Of a stretch of 64,000 nucleotides of DNA, positions 1 through 21,900 are shown in pieces. How positions within the stretch are numbered: position 1 is the first letter of the stretch; each line of letters opens with the position of its first letter. Both the position numbers and the translations under genes were made by a program. The notes under the pieces were generated by a model, which was not told the DNA's origin, made no database searches, and saw nothing but the letters and a program-made list of their open reading frames with translations. The stretch comes from Macrostomum lignano (lineage: Eukaryota). The stretch is taken from positions 224,691 to 288,690 of the forward strand of contig NIVC01001575.1 in NCBI GenBank assembly GCA_002269645.1, given 5' to 3'.

Positions 1-67
1 CTGCATTGATCTCGAATATTCCTAACTCAATCCCACTATTATGGTGGCTTCGTGCTTTTACGCACAG

Positions 68-10106
<10,039 letters not shown>

Positions 10107-12077
10107 CAGTCGCGTGCTGCTTTTGTTCGATAAAAAAACAGTTCTTTAATTTTTTTATAAAACCCCACTAATTTTAATGATCTAACGCGAATTATGCTAC
10201 TGCTTCTATTAGTAGTAGTGATGGCATTTGTTCAGTATGTTGTTTAAATATTACTTAATTTAATGTTTTAATTTAAATTTCAAACTGTATTACAACAGTG
10301 GCAGCTTATGTACAACAATAATTAAATGAATCATTGTTTATCATATAAGAATTATGAAATAAATAATTTTAAACGCGCAGGTCCAGACCAGAGTATTAAA
10401 ATAAATCATTCCCTAATTTTGTTAATTTTAATTCTTTAATAATTTGCAACTGCGTAATTATATTATTGCTTCTTATTAACTGCGCACATTTCCTGTGTGT
10501 GTCACCTGTTCTATTTCAAGTTTGCAATTGCAACGTGTATGTATAGCGGTGAGTCACCGATTAAAGTACCTGAGTATTGCTCATAATTGCCCCAATATGT
10601 CTGTTAATCTGTTCTATAATTATCTAGCAATAAAACCATAATAATAAAACTATTGTTTCAAGAAAGTTAAATTGAATATATTCATATTTTTCGTGTGTTT
10701 TGTTCTTTTTAATTACCTACTTGGCATTATGTATTATTAGTAACTGATCTACTAATAATTTGGCCACCGAAGTTCTGGCTTCTGTCTCTCAGTTCCGACA
10801 GAGGTTGAGATATAAATATTTTATGAATTGGAATTTTTCCTGTCGCCTGTCTGCTTTGTTGGATATTTTTCTAGTTTTAGAAAACCTAATGAAACGTCAT
10901 TTGGTAATGATTTTGTTTTATTCGGAACCCTTTGATTGCAAACTTTGCTGTTTTTTAATGCCTAATTTGATCTCATTGTCATCACATTTAATCTGGACTG
11001 TCTGTCTATCCGCTCTTACCTTTTTTGTTTGTTTGTCTGCATTCGATTTGTTTTTATTCCGATGTTTAATCATTGTAAAGCCGGCCAATAAACGATTATA
11101 TTCTTCTGGAAGCAAGCAATAATTTTTCTTCTTTTCATTAGAAGACTTGAAAGACTTGCAGCAAAAAATGTCCCATTTCAATACTTGGTTGTTCTTGTTA
11201 TTTTCGTTAGCAATTACTGGTATTTCGTCACGGCTTTTCTTAGAAAGCGTTGCATCAGATATGCGAATTTCTATACGGTGATGCAACTTGTCCGAAAAAA
11301 TAAGATTCACAGATTTGGAAATTAGGGGGCTGATGACTGACAATAATGCAATTCCAAGTCATCGAAATGTACTTTCTTTGCATTCTATAATGTCGATTTG
11401 TCGTAGTGCCTACTCACTAGGGACTATCAGTAGAGCATCGTGAATGTTTATCAATTAGCAAATCTAAAGTTAGCCAAAGTATTTATTGGCACACTTGTAT
11501 GTAGAATATGCAGTTGACTGTCCTTTTCACTTCCGATATATCACTGATATTGAGTGCAAATAATCACCCGACCAGCAAATGCGCCGAGAGTTGATTAACG
11601 CGGGTTGTTGAATTTATAATTTCGAAAACTTTTTTAGTGTTGTATTTCAGTTTGACGGGCTTGATAATAAATAAAACGAATTATCGAAGTCTTAATACGA
11701 GCTAAAGTGACTTTGGAATCGAAGTGGGAATTCATGTACGGGCTTACATACTTTTAAATTATACATGTACAGGTATAAGAAGACATAAAGATGTATACAT
11801 GCACAGGGGGCGTCGCCATGGATGTTGGTGGGGGACAAAGCCAAGAATTCTACATGTACATGTACAATTGTACATTTTTTTCTGAATCGGTATTGTCAGC
11901 GCTCATTTGGCGCCGCAAGCACTCATTTTAGCGCCGCAGGCACTACATGTATATTTTGTTAACCTGAAGCAAAATCATTGAATTTTATAACGGGTCACCC
12001 CTGGATCATGTACAGGTTAGATGTACATGTACGTAAGTTGCATGATACTGTACCTGACTAGAGCTGATACATAACCT

Positions 12078-12230
12078 GGGGTCCATGAGAATACTTGCCC
12101 GCCAAGCTTTTCCCGCCGGGATTTGCCCGCAATGCAACAATTTTCCCCCGAGTGAAGCTCGTACATGTACTGCAGGAAAAAACATTGCGGGCAAATCTCG
12201 GCAGATAAAGATGTACATGTACGTGTACCT
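12078..12230. mobile_element. MITE-like fragment, GGGGTC(C/T)ATGAGAAT family
   Basis: Begins ggggtccatgagaat like the element at 14381; internal inverted pair ttgcccgcaatg / cattgcgggcaa. Confidence 0.5.
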
Positions 12231-12249
12231 GTACTAGAACAGCAAAAAA

Positions 12250-14267
12250 GTACGCAGCCCCGCAAGCAAAGATCGCAGTTAAAGCAGGGCGCGTCAGATG
12301 GCGCGCCGCAGCAGCCTGAGAGCGGACGAAGTCCGCCCCGTTGGCAGTGTCGGGCGGCCCAGCGTCGCACAGCAGGCAGTCCACGTATCGACGGGTTCGG
12401 GCCTGACCCCGCCTGAACGGACCCTGCAAGGTGAGCAGCAGGACGTCGTCCTGAACAGGTTGGGGGCAGTAGCCCTCGGCCCGGATCACGCCGAGTCTTT
12501 GAAGTTGAAGTCGCCGCCGGCGCAGGATGGTGGACGGGCGCTGCAGCTTGGCTCGATCGTACAGGGCCTCGGTCCCGACGCTCTCGTCAGCTCGAAAGGC
12601 CGCACGGAGCAGCCCTGAGTGCGCTGAGTCCAACTGCCGCTCCAGCGTAGCCGTCAGCGTGATGTCTCGGCGTTGTATAGCAGGACGGTTTGGACCACCG
12701 CCTGCCACAGCCGCCCTCTGGCGGTGGGGCAGCGCTTCGGACTGGAGGACGGCTCGGATCGAACGGAATTGGCCGCCCAGGCAAGTCCTCTGCGCCGCCG
12801 GAGGTCCTCTTCTACGTGGGGCACCAGACCGCCGAGGTACATTGTAGGTGAACCGCTGGCAGCGTGCGAGCGTGGTGTCAGCCGGCGCAGTCAGCACCTC
12901 GGTCTTCAGCGTGTTGACAACCAGACCGACGCTAGATGCTAGCTCGACCAGCCTGTCGATCTGCCGCTGGGCGCCTTCAACGGACGAGGACAGGAGGGCG
13001 AGGTCGTCGGCGTAGCCAAGCACGCTCAGGCACTTTTCGTCATGGCGGCGACCGATATGTCTGCGCAGCAGGAAGCCGAGGGAAGTGCACTTCGAAGCAC
13101 CAAGTCCAGCAGCAGCACGAAGAGGAACGGCGCTAGCGTGTCGCCCTGCAGAACTCCTGATGAAGTGTCGAACAGGTCAGACAGGCCGTCGTCCGCCGTC
13201 ACCACAGCAGCTCGAGTATCGCAATACAGCGAAATGACAGCGTTGATTAGCTTCGGGACCCGGTAGGCTCGAAGGACGGAGGGAAGCGTGGCTCTTAACA
13301 CCGAGTCAAACGCCTTTTCGAAAGTCAACGAAGACAATGATCAGCTTAGACTGGCGGATGCGCGCCTACTCGATGACACAGTTCAGTGCGAGGATCTGTC
13401 TCACTGTACCGCGTTGCGGCCGGAATCCATTCTGCTCGTACCGCAGGTACGGGTCCAGCACCGACTGCAGACGATTGAGCAGCAGCCGGTTGAAGAGCTT
13501 AGCGGTGCAGGACATCAGCAAGATCCCACGGGTGGTCCTCTTTGGTCCTCATTGTCCCTGCCTTCTTTGCGATCGGCACAATGTGCACGACAGTCCACTC
13601 GGTGGGCGCGGGGGCGCCGGCGAACCCGCGGTTTATGACGCCTGTGACCTGGGAGGCCACACAGCGGAGTCGCAGCGCCGCGACCGGGACCTCGTCGGGA
13701 CCAAAAGTCCTCCTCAGCTGGGAGCGGCGTGTCCAGTGGGAGCGCAAAGCTGGCGGGCAGCGGCGACGCGGGCGCGTTCACGATGCCAGTGAAGAAGTCG
13801 CGCAATTCATTCCTGCGCTCCTCCGGGGTGTCGCCGGCCAGGTTCGCTTTTTGCGCCCCATCAGAGTCCGGACGGCCGTCCACACTGCGCGGCTCTTCAC
13901 GTCGGGGCCGGCTGCAGTGATGGACCGGACGACGTCGTCGACAGCGGCCTGCTGCCGCTCGTCTAGAAGGCGCTCAAACGCATCTTCAGCGTCGCCCGTG
14001 GGCCACCGGTTCCTGCCGAGTCGCTCGATGTTGAGCCGCGCCTGCCTGATGGTCGGGTCGATCTGCCAAACAGTGCCGGCCGCATCAGCGGGACCGTCTG
14101 CTCCGCAGCGGCTCCAACGGCGGTGCTGATGTCGGAATACTCCGCCTTTGCGCTGGTCTCTAAGCGCGCCGACGAAAGCGCCCGAGAATTGACGCTTCAC
14201 GCGGGTGTCCAATAGAGCGCGATAGTAGCGCCGTGGCCGCTGCTTTGGCGGTCGGGGTCAGCCATTA
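12250..14267 (-). mobile_element. Non-LTR retrotransposon (RTE-like), reverse transcriptase half, frameshifted
   Basis: Minus-strand RT motifs across several frames: WTVVHIVPIAKK, FEKAFDSV, GVLQGDTLAPFLFVLLLD, LGYADDLALLS, YLGG, VLLYNAET. Multiple frameshifts indicate a dead copy. Confidence 0.9.
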
Positions 14268-15500
14268 TATTTGCACACCCGTGCAAATAGTGCTGACACC
14301 TCCTGGCATTGCGGCTAGTTCACCAGGCCGCGGATGACCTCGGTTGGCTCGGACGGCCGCGCCTCGGCTGCGGCAGCAAAGGGGTCTATGAGAATTTCCC
14401 GCAGCGAGGTTTCCCCGCTGAGATTTTCCCGCCGAGATTTCCCCGCTGAGATTTCCCGCGGCGAGGTTTTCCGCAGGGTTTTTCCTGTCGGAATTTCAAG
14501 TCAAATCCAATCGGATTAGAAATCTAGTCTAGCCTAGTCTAGTCTAGGCTAGTTCTAATCTAGTTCAGCATAGTATATAGACTGGATTTGACTTGAAATT
14601 CCGACTGTAAAAACCCTGCGGGAAATTCTCGTGCTCCACCCACAAAGCTCAGCACAGAAGGGACTCGCAGAGGTCGGCGCAGCGCGCAACGTCGCACTGA
14701 GCGGCGGCGCGAGCGCAACAAGCGAGGGCGACTCCGTGGCGCAGCCGGGCGCCTGTTGCCCCCAGTCCCTGCAACTCCAACTATGGATGTGCCGGGTGGC
14801 GCCGGGGACCATGAGGCCAACCTCCATCTGGCCCCAGCTGTACCAGGTGGCCGTCTCAGACTCGGCACGTTGAACTGCCGAACTCTGAAGGCCCCCTGGC
14901 GTCGAGGTCCAGGTGGCCCACGACCTACAGCTGGACCTCACGATGCTGCAGGAGGTTTCTATCGTGGCTGAGCCGGGGCTCCACTCTGAGGACCTCGGAG
15001 CCGGCTGAGGCCTCCTGTACACGTCGGCCGACGACCGCGGCCGGGGCGGTGTCGGCGTGCTGATCGGACCGCGCCTCCAGCAGAGCGTGCACTGCGCTTC
15101 GCTGTCCGCGCGACTGATGTGGGTCGACCTGCGACTGCGCGCCCGCTGCAACAAGCTGTTCTGCGCGTATGCACCCACCGATGCTCACCCCGAGGAGGCT
15201 CGTGCCTTCTTCGACTTCCTGGCTGGGGAGCTGGAAGAGGTGCCAACAAACCGTGACACGCTGGCAGTGCTCGGAAACCTGAACGCAGTTCCACGGAGGT
15301 CCGAGCGCTCGCCCTTTGTCGCGGGACGCGAGAACGCCAACACCGACGCATTGGAGGATCTGCTTGACCGGCTGGACCTGCATGGTGTCCGCGAACACCC
15401 AGTTCCGCAAGCCCCTCTGCCCGCCTGCTTACCTTTGCGGGCTGCAAGAGAATTGTCGACAAACGTCACGAGGAGACATGCGATCATGCGCTGGTTTGCC
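14268..15500 (+). mobile_element. Non-LTR retrotransposon (RTE-like), 5' UTR and APE endonuclease half, opposite orientation to the RT half
   Basis: Plus-strand APE motifs: LRLGTLNCRTL (about 14857), [37 protein letters not shown]. Frameshifted; the 14268-14780 assignment as 5' UTR is inferred. Confidence 0.85.
14381..14635. mobile_element. MITE/foldback element inserted in the retroelement 5' region
   Basis: Inverted repeats cgcagggttttt..gtcggaatttcaagtcaaatcca (about 14472-14509) and tggatttgacttgaaattccgac..aaaaaccctgcgggaaattctc (about 14583-14630) flank a CTAG-rich palindromic spacer. Confidence 0.7.
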
Positions 15501-15825
15501 AACTGCCACACCATCACCAACTGCCACACCATCACCAACTGCCACACCATCACCAACTGCCACACCATCACCAACTGCCACACCATCACCAACTGCCACA
15601 CCATCACCAACTGCCACACCATCACCAACTGCCACACCATCACCAACTGCCACACCATCACCAACTGCCACACCATCACCAACTGCCACACCATCACCAA
15701 CTGCCACACCATCACCAACTGCCACACCATCACCAACTGCCACACCATCACCAACTGCCACACCATCACCAACTGCCACACCGTCACCAACTGCCACACC
15801 ATCACCAACTGCCACACCGTCAACG
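15498..15825. repeat. 18-bp minisatellite (caactgccacaccatcac), about 18 copies
   Basis: Near-perfect tandem copies at the end of the APE fragment. Confidence 0.95.
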
Positions 15826-16464
15826 ACTCCTGCTCTGCGACTTGCAGATAATTTCCCCTGCATTTTAACAAAATGCAACTCGATCAAATTTCAGATTTTT
15901 ACAAAAGAATTCTTGCATGCATTCTACAATTGCATATTTGTAATGCTCTTGCTTTTCAACCGAGGAGAGATTAACGGATTAAGCTTGGATTTGCATCTAC
16001 ACTATCGCCCTTATATACTGTGCAAGCTAATAGGCTCAGCAGCCTAAATCCTCTCTCAGTAAATTCTCCCATTTCGTTTTGCCTCTCGCCTCTCTAAATC
16101 TATACATGTAGCACGCTGCCCCATCAGCAGAAATCCTCAAGCTCGATCTCTCGATTAGTGAGAACCGAACTCAAACAGCGCGACTCTATTATTCCGTTAA
16201 ATCCCATCACATCGTTGAGCTGTGTTAATAATGCTATTGTGAGTAGCTATCCGATTTCTGATTTTGTTAATACCGAGCTAAAAGCTTCAAATGTCGTTAA
16301 TAGATTTCTGTGCGCACGGTTATATTTTCATAAAATTAGATTATTTGGAAATTGGGGTTGTTTGGCTTTTGTTTATCGAGTAGCTATAATTACAGAAAAA
16401 CATAAGAGCGTATTTTCTGACAAGAAAATAATATAGGGAAGTTAAAGAATTACCTGGTATTTAG

Positions 16465-17415
16465 GAGAGAATACGGTGTAGGGTAGGTGAATACGGTATA
16501 GGGTAGGTGAATACGGTGTAGGATAGGTGAATACGGTATAGGTTAGGTGAATACGGTATAGGGAAGCTGAATAGGGTGTAGGATAGGTGAATCTAGGGAA
16601 GGTGAATCTAAGGAAGGTAAATTTATAGAAGTGAATCTAAGGAAGGTGAATCTAGGGAAGGTGAATCTAGGGAAGGTGAATCTAAGGAAGGTGAATCTAA
16701 GGAAGGTGAATCTAGGGAAGGTGAATCTAGGGAAGATGAATCTAGGGAAGGTGAATCTAGGGAAGTTGAATCTAGGGAAAGTGAATCTAAGTGAATCTAG
16801 GGAAGGTGAATCTAGGGAAGGTGAATCTAGGGAAGGTGAATCTAGGGAAGGTGAATCTAGGGAAAGTGAATCTAAGTGAATCTAGGGAAGGTGAATCTAG
16901 GGAAGGTGAATCTAGGGAAGGTGAATCTAGGGAAGTTGAATCTAGAGAAGGTGAATCTAGGGAAGGTGAATCTAGGGAAGATGAATCTAGGGAAGGTGAA
17001 TCTAGGGAAGTTGAATCTAGGGAAAGTGAATCTAAGTGAATCTAGGGAAGGTGAATCTAGGGAAGGTGAATCTAGGGAAGGTGAATCTAGGGAAGTTGAA
17101 TCTAGAGAAGGTGAATCTAAGAAGGTGAATCTAGGGAAGGTGAATCTAGGGAAGGTGAATCTAAGGAAGGTGAATCTAGCGAAGTGAATCTAGGGAAGGT
17201 GAATCTAAGGAAGGTGAATCTAAGGAAGGTGAATCTAAGGAAGGTGAATCTAAGGAAGGTGAATCTAAGGAATGTGAATCTAAGGAAGGGGAATCTAAGG
17301 AAGGTGAATCTAGGGAAGGTGAATCTAAGGAAGGTGAATCTAGCGAAGTGAATCTAGGGAAGGTGAATCTAAGGAAGGTGAATCTAGGGAAGGTGAATCT
17401 AGGGAAGGTGAATTT
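16465..17415. repeat. 20-bp repeat grading into a 15-bp minisatellite (GTGAATCTAGGGAAG)
   Basis: gggtaggtgaatacggtata units to about 16590, then about 55 copies of the 15-mer. Confidence 0.95.
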
Positions 17416-18069
17416 GTAGGTGAATATAAGACAGGTGAGTATTCGAGAGAGTGGAAGGATGAAGGGGGACTATAATTGAGTACGAGTAAGGGTAAGTGAC
17501 GCAGGTCATATGGAAGAATAGAATGCTAGTCGGAAAAAGTCACATCGAGATCTAAATGATATTCAATTCAATCTAGGCACTGCATTTCAATTGAGGACTT
17601 AAATTAAAAAGGCTGTAATAATCACTTTATGATGAAGAACTTAATCGCACACACGTTTATTAAACTCCACAAAGATTTTAGTTTATCTACTACTTCTAAT
17701 TGACAGTTTAATTAGATTTGCTAACGGCTACTATTTTTTCGGTAGAACTACAAAGCGACATTTAAATTTCTACACTAATCTACACGGAAATTAAAACAAA
17801 TATGTCTATCTTGATCAACAAAAAGTACAATTACAACACATTGACAATTGTCATAAGCAAAAAGATTTTCAAAAACTTTATAATCTGTTAAAGTTTCACA
17901 ATAATGTTAATACTTGGAAATTTGAGAGAGACGTTTTTAACTGATTTTCACTCTTTCGAACATTTTAACTCCGACAAGACAATAATGCAATAACTAAATG
18001 TAAAATTGACAGACAAAATACGGTCATCGAGCTAAAATTAGTTATATCAGCGTATAGCAGACAGGGGCT

Positions 18070-18275
18070 TCGAAATGAGTGTACCAATGGCGCCAAAATG
18101 AATGTACCAATGTCTCCAAAATAAGTGTACCAATGGCGCCAAAATGAGTGTATCAATGGCGTCGAAATGAGTGTACCAATGGCGCCGAAATGAGTGTACC
18201 GATGACTTCAAAATGAGTGTACCAATGGCGCCAAAATGAGTGTACCGATGGCGCCGAAATGAGTGTACCAATGGT
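18070..18275. repeat. 23-bp minisatellite (aaaatgagtgtaccaatggcgcc), 9 copies
   Basis: Direct reading. Confidence 0.9.
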
Positions 18276-18584
18276 CAGTGCATTGACCATTGGGGATGTC
18301 TATAAGTGAAGCCAATGATAACAACGATTAACGATTAATAATAAAGTACACATAAAAATTACGCATAAAGTACACATGTAAGTACACAGAACTCCTTCTG
18401 AATCATAATATAATGGTAGATTCGATGCATTTTTCCAAAGAGAGATATAGCAAAATCTCGATCATTACTCGATAATTGATTTAATTGATCTCTGTCGAAA
18501 GCGAAAAATTTACTGCGGTCTGGTTTGATTGTAAAATAGCTTTATTATCTGAAGAAGATCTTCTTAAGAATGAGTTGTAATTTA

Positions 18585-18900
18585 GGGATTGCAGCCTAGT
18601 GGCTACAGCGTCGAAATCACGACTGAAAGGTAGGGGGTTCAATACTCAACCTACTCAAAACAATTTGTGTCCTTGAGCAAGGGACTTACTGTGCATTGTC
18701 TTATGTCACCCAGCTGTAAAATTGGTACCAGCTGGGGTAATTGAGGGTGTGTTGGCGACCCCCCCCCCAGTCCTTGGACTGAACAGCCGTACGCAGCCTT
18801 CAGATGCGCCGCGCAATAGCTGCGGCTGAGCTGTCGGTTGCACATCTGCCCATTAGGGCCGGTGTAACCAATTATTATATTATTACTATTATATCATTAC
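18585..18900 (+). mobile_element. tRNA-headed SINE with CORE-like body
   Basis: A-box-like gcagcctagtggcta, B-box-like ggttcaatact, CORE-like gtgtccttgagcaag...cagctgtaaaattgg, and an (att)n tail. A second copy lies at 48640-48843. Confidence 0.85.
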
Positions 18901-18934
18901 TTTTAAAGGTACTCGCACCGCACTGCTCCTCAAT

Positions 18935-21900
18935 TCAGTAGATGTCGTGCCACTGGTGCACGATGCTGGGCTGATTTCTCAAGCAGTCGCTCCACTGCTC
19001 AACGCCGCTGCCCTGAGCAAAATTAGCGGATCCAATTACCGCTTTGCCCAGCAACCGGTTGGCGCCAAGGCGCGACCTGGCACAGATGAGTACGAACAGG
19101 TACACCTGGTCGGTGAGGTTTGGCGCCAGATGAAACCGGAACTCCTGTTGCACTAGTGGACTGGCGAGATTCTCTTTGATGAGAGGACTCTTCTTGGCCT
19201 TTACTGTCTGCTCGCGAGCCATGATGCTGGCGCGGAAGTACACATAGGCTGAAACAGATGATAGGCCGACAGGTTAATATTGCATAACAGCCAGAGGGCA
19301 GAGCACCTCATCGGTAAACCACGATCCTTTGGTTTCCATTCTGTGCGCAAGCCGCGTCAAGTCAGACGCGTTCACCGATGAGCTTCGAACCCGGCCCTCT
19401 GGACGATGTTAGAACCTGAACTTCTGCGAGTGAGTGCTAAATGTTAGGCTAGCTCGTACATTTCGAGCAATGTACGCTCCTAGCTGTTGTTTGAGATCTA
19501 ATTATTGGCTACAAAATCGGCAATTTCCATGTTGTTTATGATTTTAATAAAAACTGTTTAGTAAGAGTTTGTTGATTGGCGTAAACTTCCCAGCACAGTC
19601 GTGCAGCCCAGCGCCTCAACTCATGCAACTACTAATAAATACTATATTACCCGTAGACAAAAAATGGTAGAGTGCAAAGAAATCTAGGAAAAAAGAAGGG
19701 CAGCATCGAGTAATGTAAATAAAGTGAGATGGATAGAAATGGCAACAATATGCGGTAGAATTCTCGAGTCACTGTAGCCTGCTGGCATCGATTTGTAAGC
19801 ACGTGTGTCGTGTTCTCATGCTCAGCTGCCTGAAGCAGTGTTACCTGAAGTTTATCTGGGGGAAGTTACCCGGAATTTACTCACGGATGCTACCACTTGC
19901 AGTGTACCTTGTAATTTTACCTAGGATACACTGAGTGTGCTTCGACTTAAAGTCGGATTTTTTAACTTACGTCCTAACAAGCGGAATTTAATCGTACGTA
20001 ATCTGGCATAAACTTACAGTCAGTCTCCTTCACTCGCAGATCTTTGCCCTCAACAATTCCAAGTGTGAGCAGTTTCTTCTGCTGCTTGTAGCTCAACGAT
20101 AGAAGAATCCGTCCCGGAGGTCTTTTCGAATCAGTCTGTTGATTGTTTTGTTCAGGAGGGGCGGGAAGTTTTGAGTAAAATTTCCATCTAAATTTAGGCT
20201 AATTAGCAACAAAGGCAAATTATAGAGTCACTTCTCCACGTCAAGAATCAATTTTGTTAGTTATTAGTTCGGCCACTTGGAATTCGAGTCCTAAATTCGT
20301 TAAAGAAAGCCTACAGAAAAGTCTTAAAAATTCCATAAATAGTTACTTAATTTCGGCTCAGCTCTCTCTCTCCCTCTCTCTCTGGATCAGCATTAAGGAT
20401 CTGTTTCGCTGACAAGGAGTCGCAGCCCTTGAAGTCGGTGCTGTGCTTGACTACTCTGACGAAGACTTGAATACTCGATCCACTTCAAGGAGAGCTTTAG
20501 TCGACATCATTATTTCTCTCTGTTTAAGGATTTCCTCAGCATTGGAGGAGTTCCCTTTTGTAGCAATCCCTTCAGATATCTGAGGAATCTGTTCAAGCAA
20601 TTAGCCATAGCTATACGAGCTGCTTAATATACTTTTCCATCCCTTTTTTCTTACGAAACTGGAAGACTCAAAGCGGCCATACTTTTTTAGCTTCAAACCC
20701 CCCAATCAACCTTTCCAGCGTATTAGAGAACAAAATTATAGCCCAGGAAGCCCAGACTGAATGGATATGTGAATGTGGACACTTAAAAAGTCTCTAAAGA
20801 TTGAGTGTCCGAACGAGGATTACAATCATTGTTGCTGAGCTAGATGGATTTCTACTTTCAATCGATTAGAGTTTGCGTACGCACGACTGTTATGTGGCAT
20901 GAGAGGGGGGTTTGGAGGTGATGTACATCTGCTGAATCGATGAGGGGTGAGTTTGCGTACACACGATTGTTATGTCGCATGAGAGGGCTTTGGAGGCAAT
21001 GTACATCTGCTGAATCGATGAGGGGTGAGTTTGCGTACACACGATTGTTATGAGGCATGAGAGCGGTTTGTAGGCAATGTACATCTGCTGAATCGATGAG
21101 GGGGTGAGTTTGCGTACACACGATTGTTATGTCGCATGAGAGAGGGCTTTGGAGGCAATGTACATCTGCTGAATCGATGAGGGGTGAGTTTGCGTACACA
21201 CGATTGTTATGTCGCATGAGAGGGCTTTGGAGACAATGTACATCTGCTGAATCGATGAGGGGGTGAGTTTGCGTACACACGATTGTTATGTGGCATGAGA
21301 GGGCTTTGGAGGCGATGTACATCTGCTGAATCGATGAGGGGGGTGAGTTTGCGTACACACGATTGTCATGGGGCATGAGGGGGGTTTGAAGGCAATGTAC
21401 ATCTGCTGAACCGATGAGGGGTGAGTTTGCGTACACATGAGATAAGTCAAAGTGGGAAGTAAAAGTTTTTTTATACATATAAAGCACAGTATCATGGCGT
21501 TTCTTTCTGACAGCTTTTTCTCGGTATTTTGAATTTTAAGTCAAAAGATATTCACCGATCTCATTAAAGGACTCGTACTAAATTATTAAAAGATGACGGC
21601 AAGCAATGAAAGTCAAGCGATTCAAGTTTCTCACCTCGGCAGCCAGAGCGACGGGCTGCTGCAGTTCGCGCCAGATCTCGTGCCCGCCGGATCCCATCTC
21701 TAGCAGGGCGGCAATCTGCACAGCGCAATGCCCGATCACGTGCGGCTTGCCAACGGGCACCGTCTCCTTCACCTCGAAGTGCAGCTCGCTCTCGGGCGCA
21801 TCCTCCTGGGTGCAGGGCAGCGCAAACTGGCGATCGAACTGGGGATTGCAGGCCGCGCTAACCAGCTGAGTCTTGCGCTTCTCTTTGCTGCCGCCCGGTC

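Noticed and set aside
10760-11343. Coding gene or Penelope-like remnant (QFRQRLRYKYF; 141-aa minus ORF)
   Set aside because: Only a faint motif resemblance; no RT or GIY-YIG motifs and no coherent splice sites.
14290-14386. HDV-like ribozyme in the retroelement 5' UTR (gacctc could pair with ggggtc after gcaaa)
   Set aside because: P1, P3 and P1.1 could not be built with canonical lengths, and ggggtc overlaps the MITE terminus. An Infernal/RNArobo search on the family consensus would decide.
18585-18660. Functional tRNA gene (also 48770-48843)
   Set aside because: The tRNA-like head is degenerate and continues directly into the shared SINE body.
20400-20620. Extra synaptotagmin exon or nested gene
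   Set aside because: Short open frames exist on both strands, but the exons 21635^20135 already join in phase and no recognisable domain is present.
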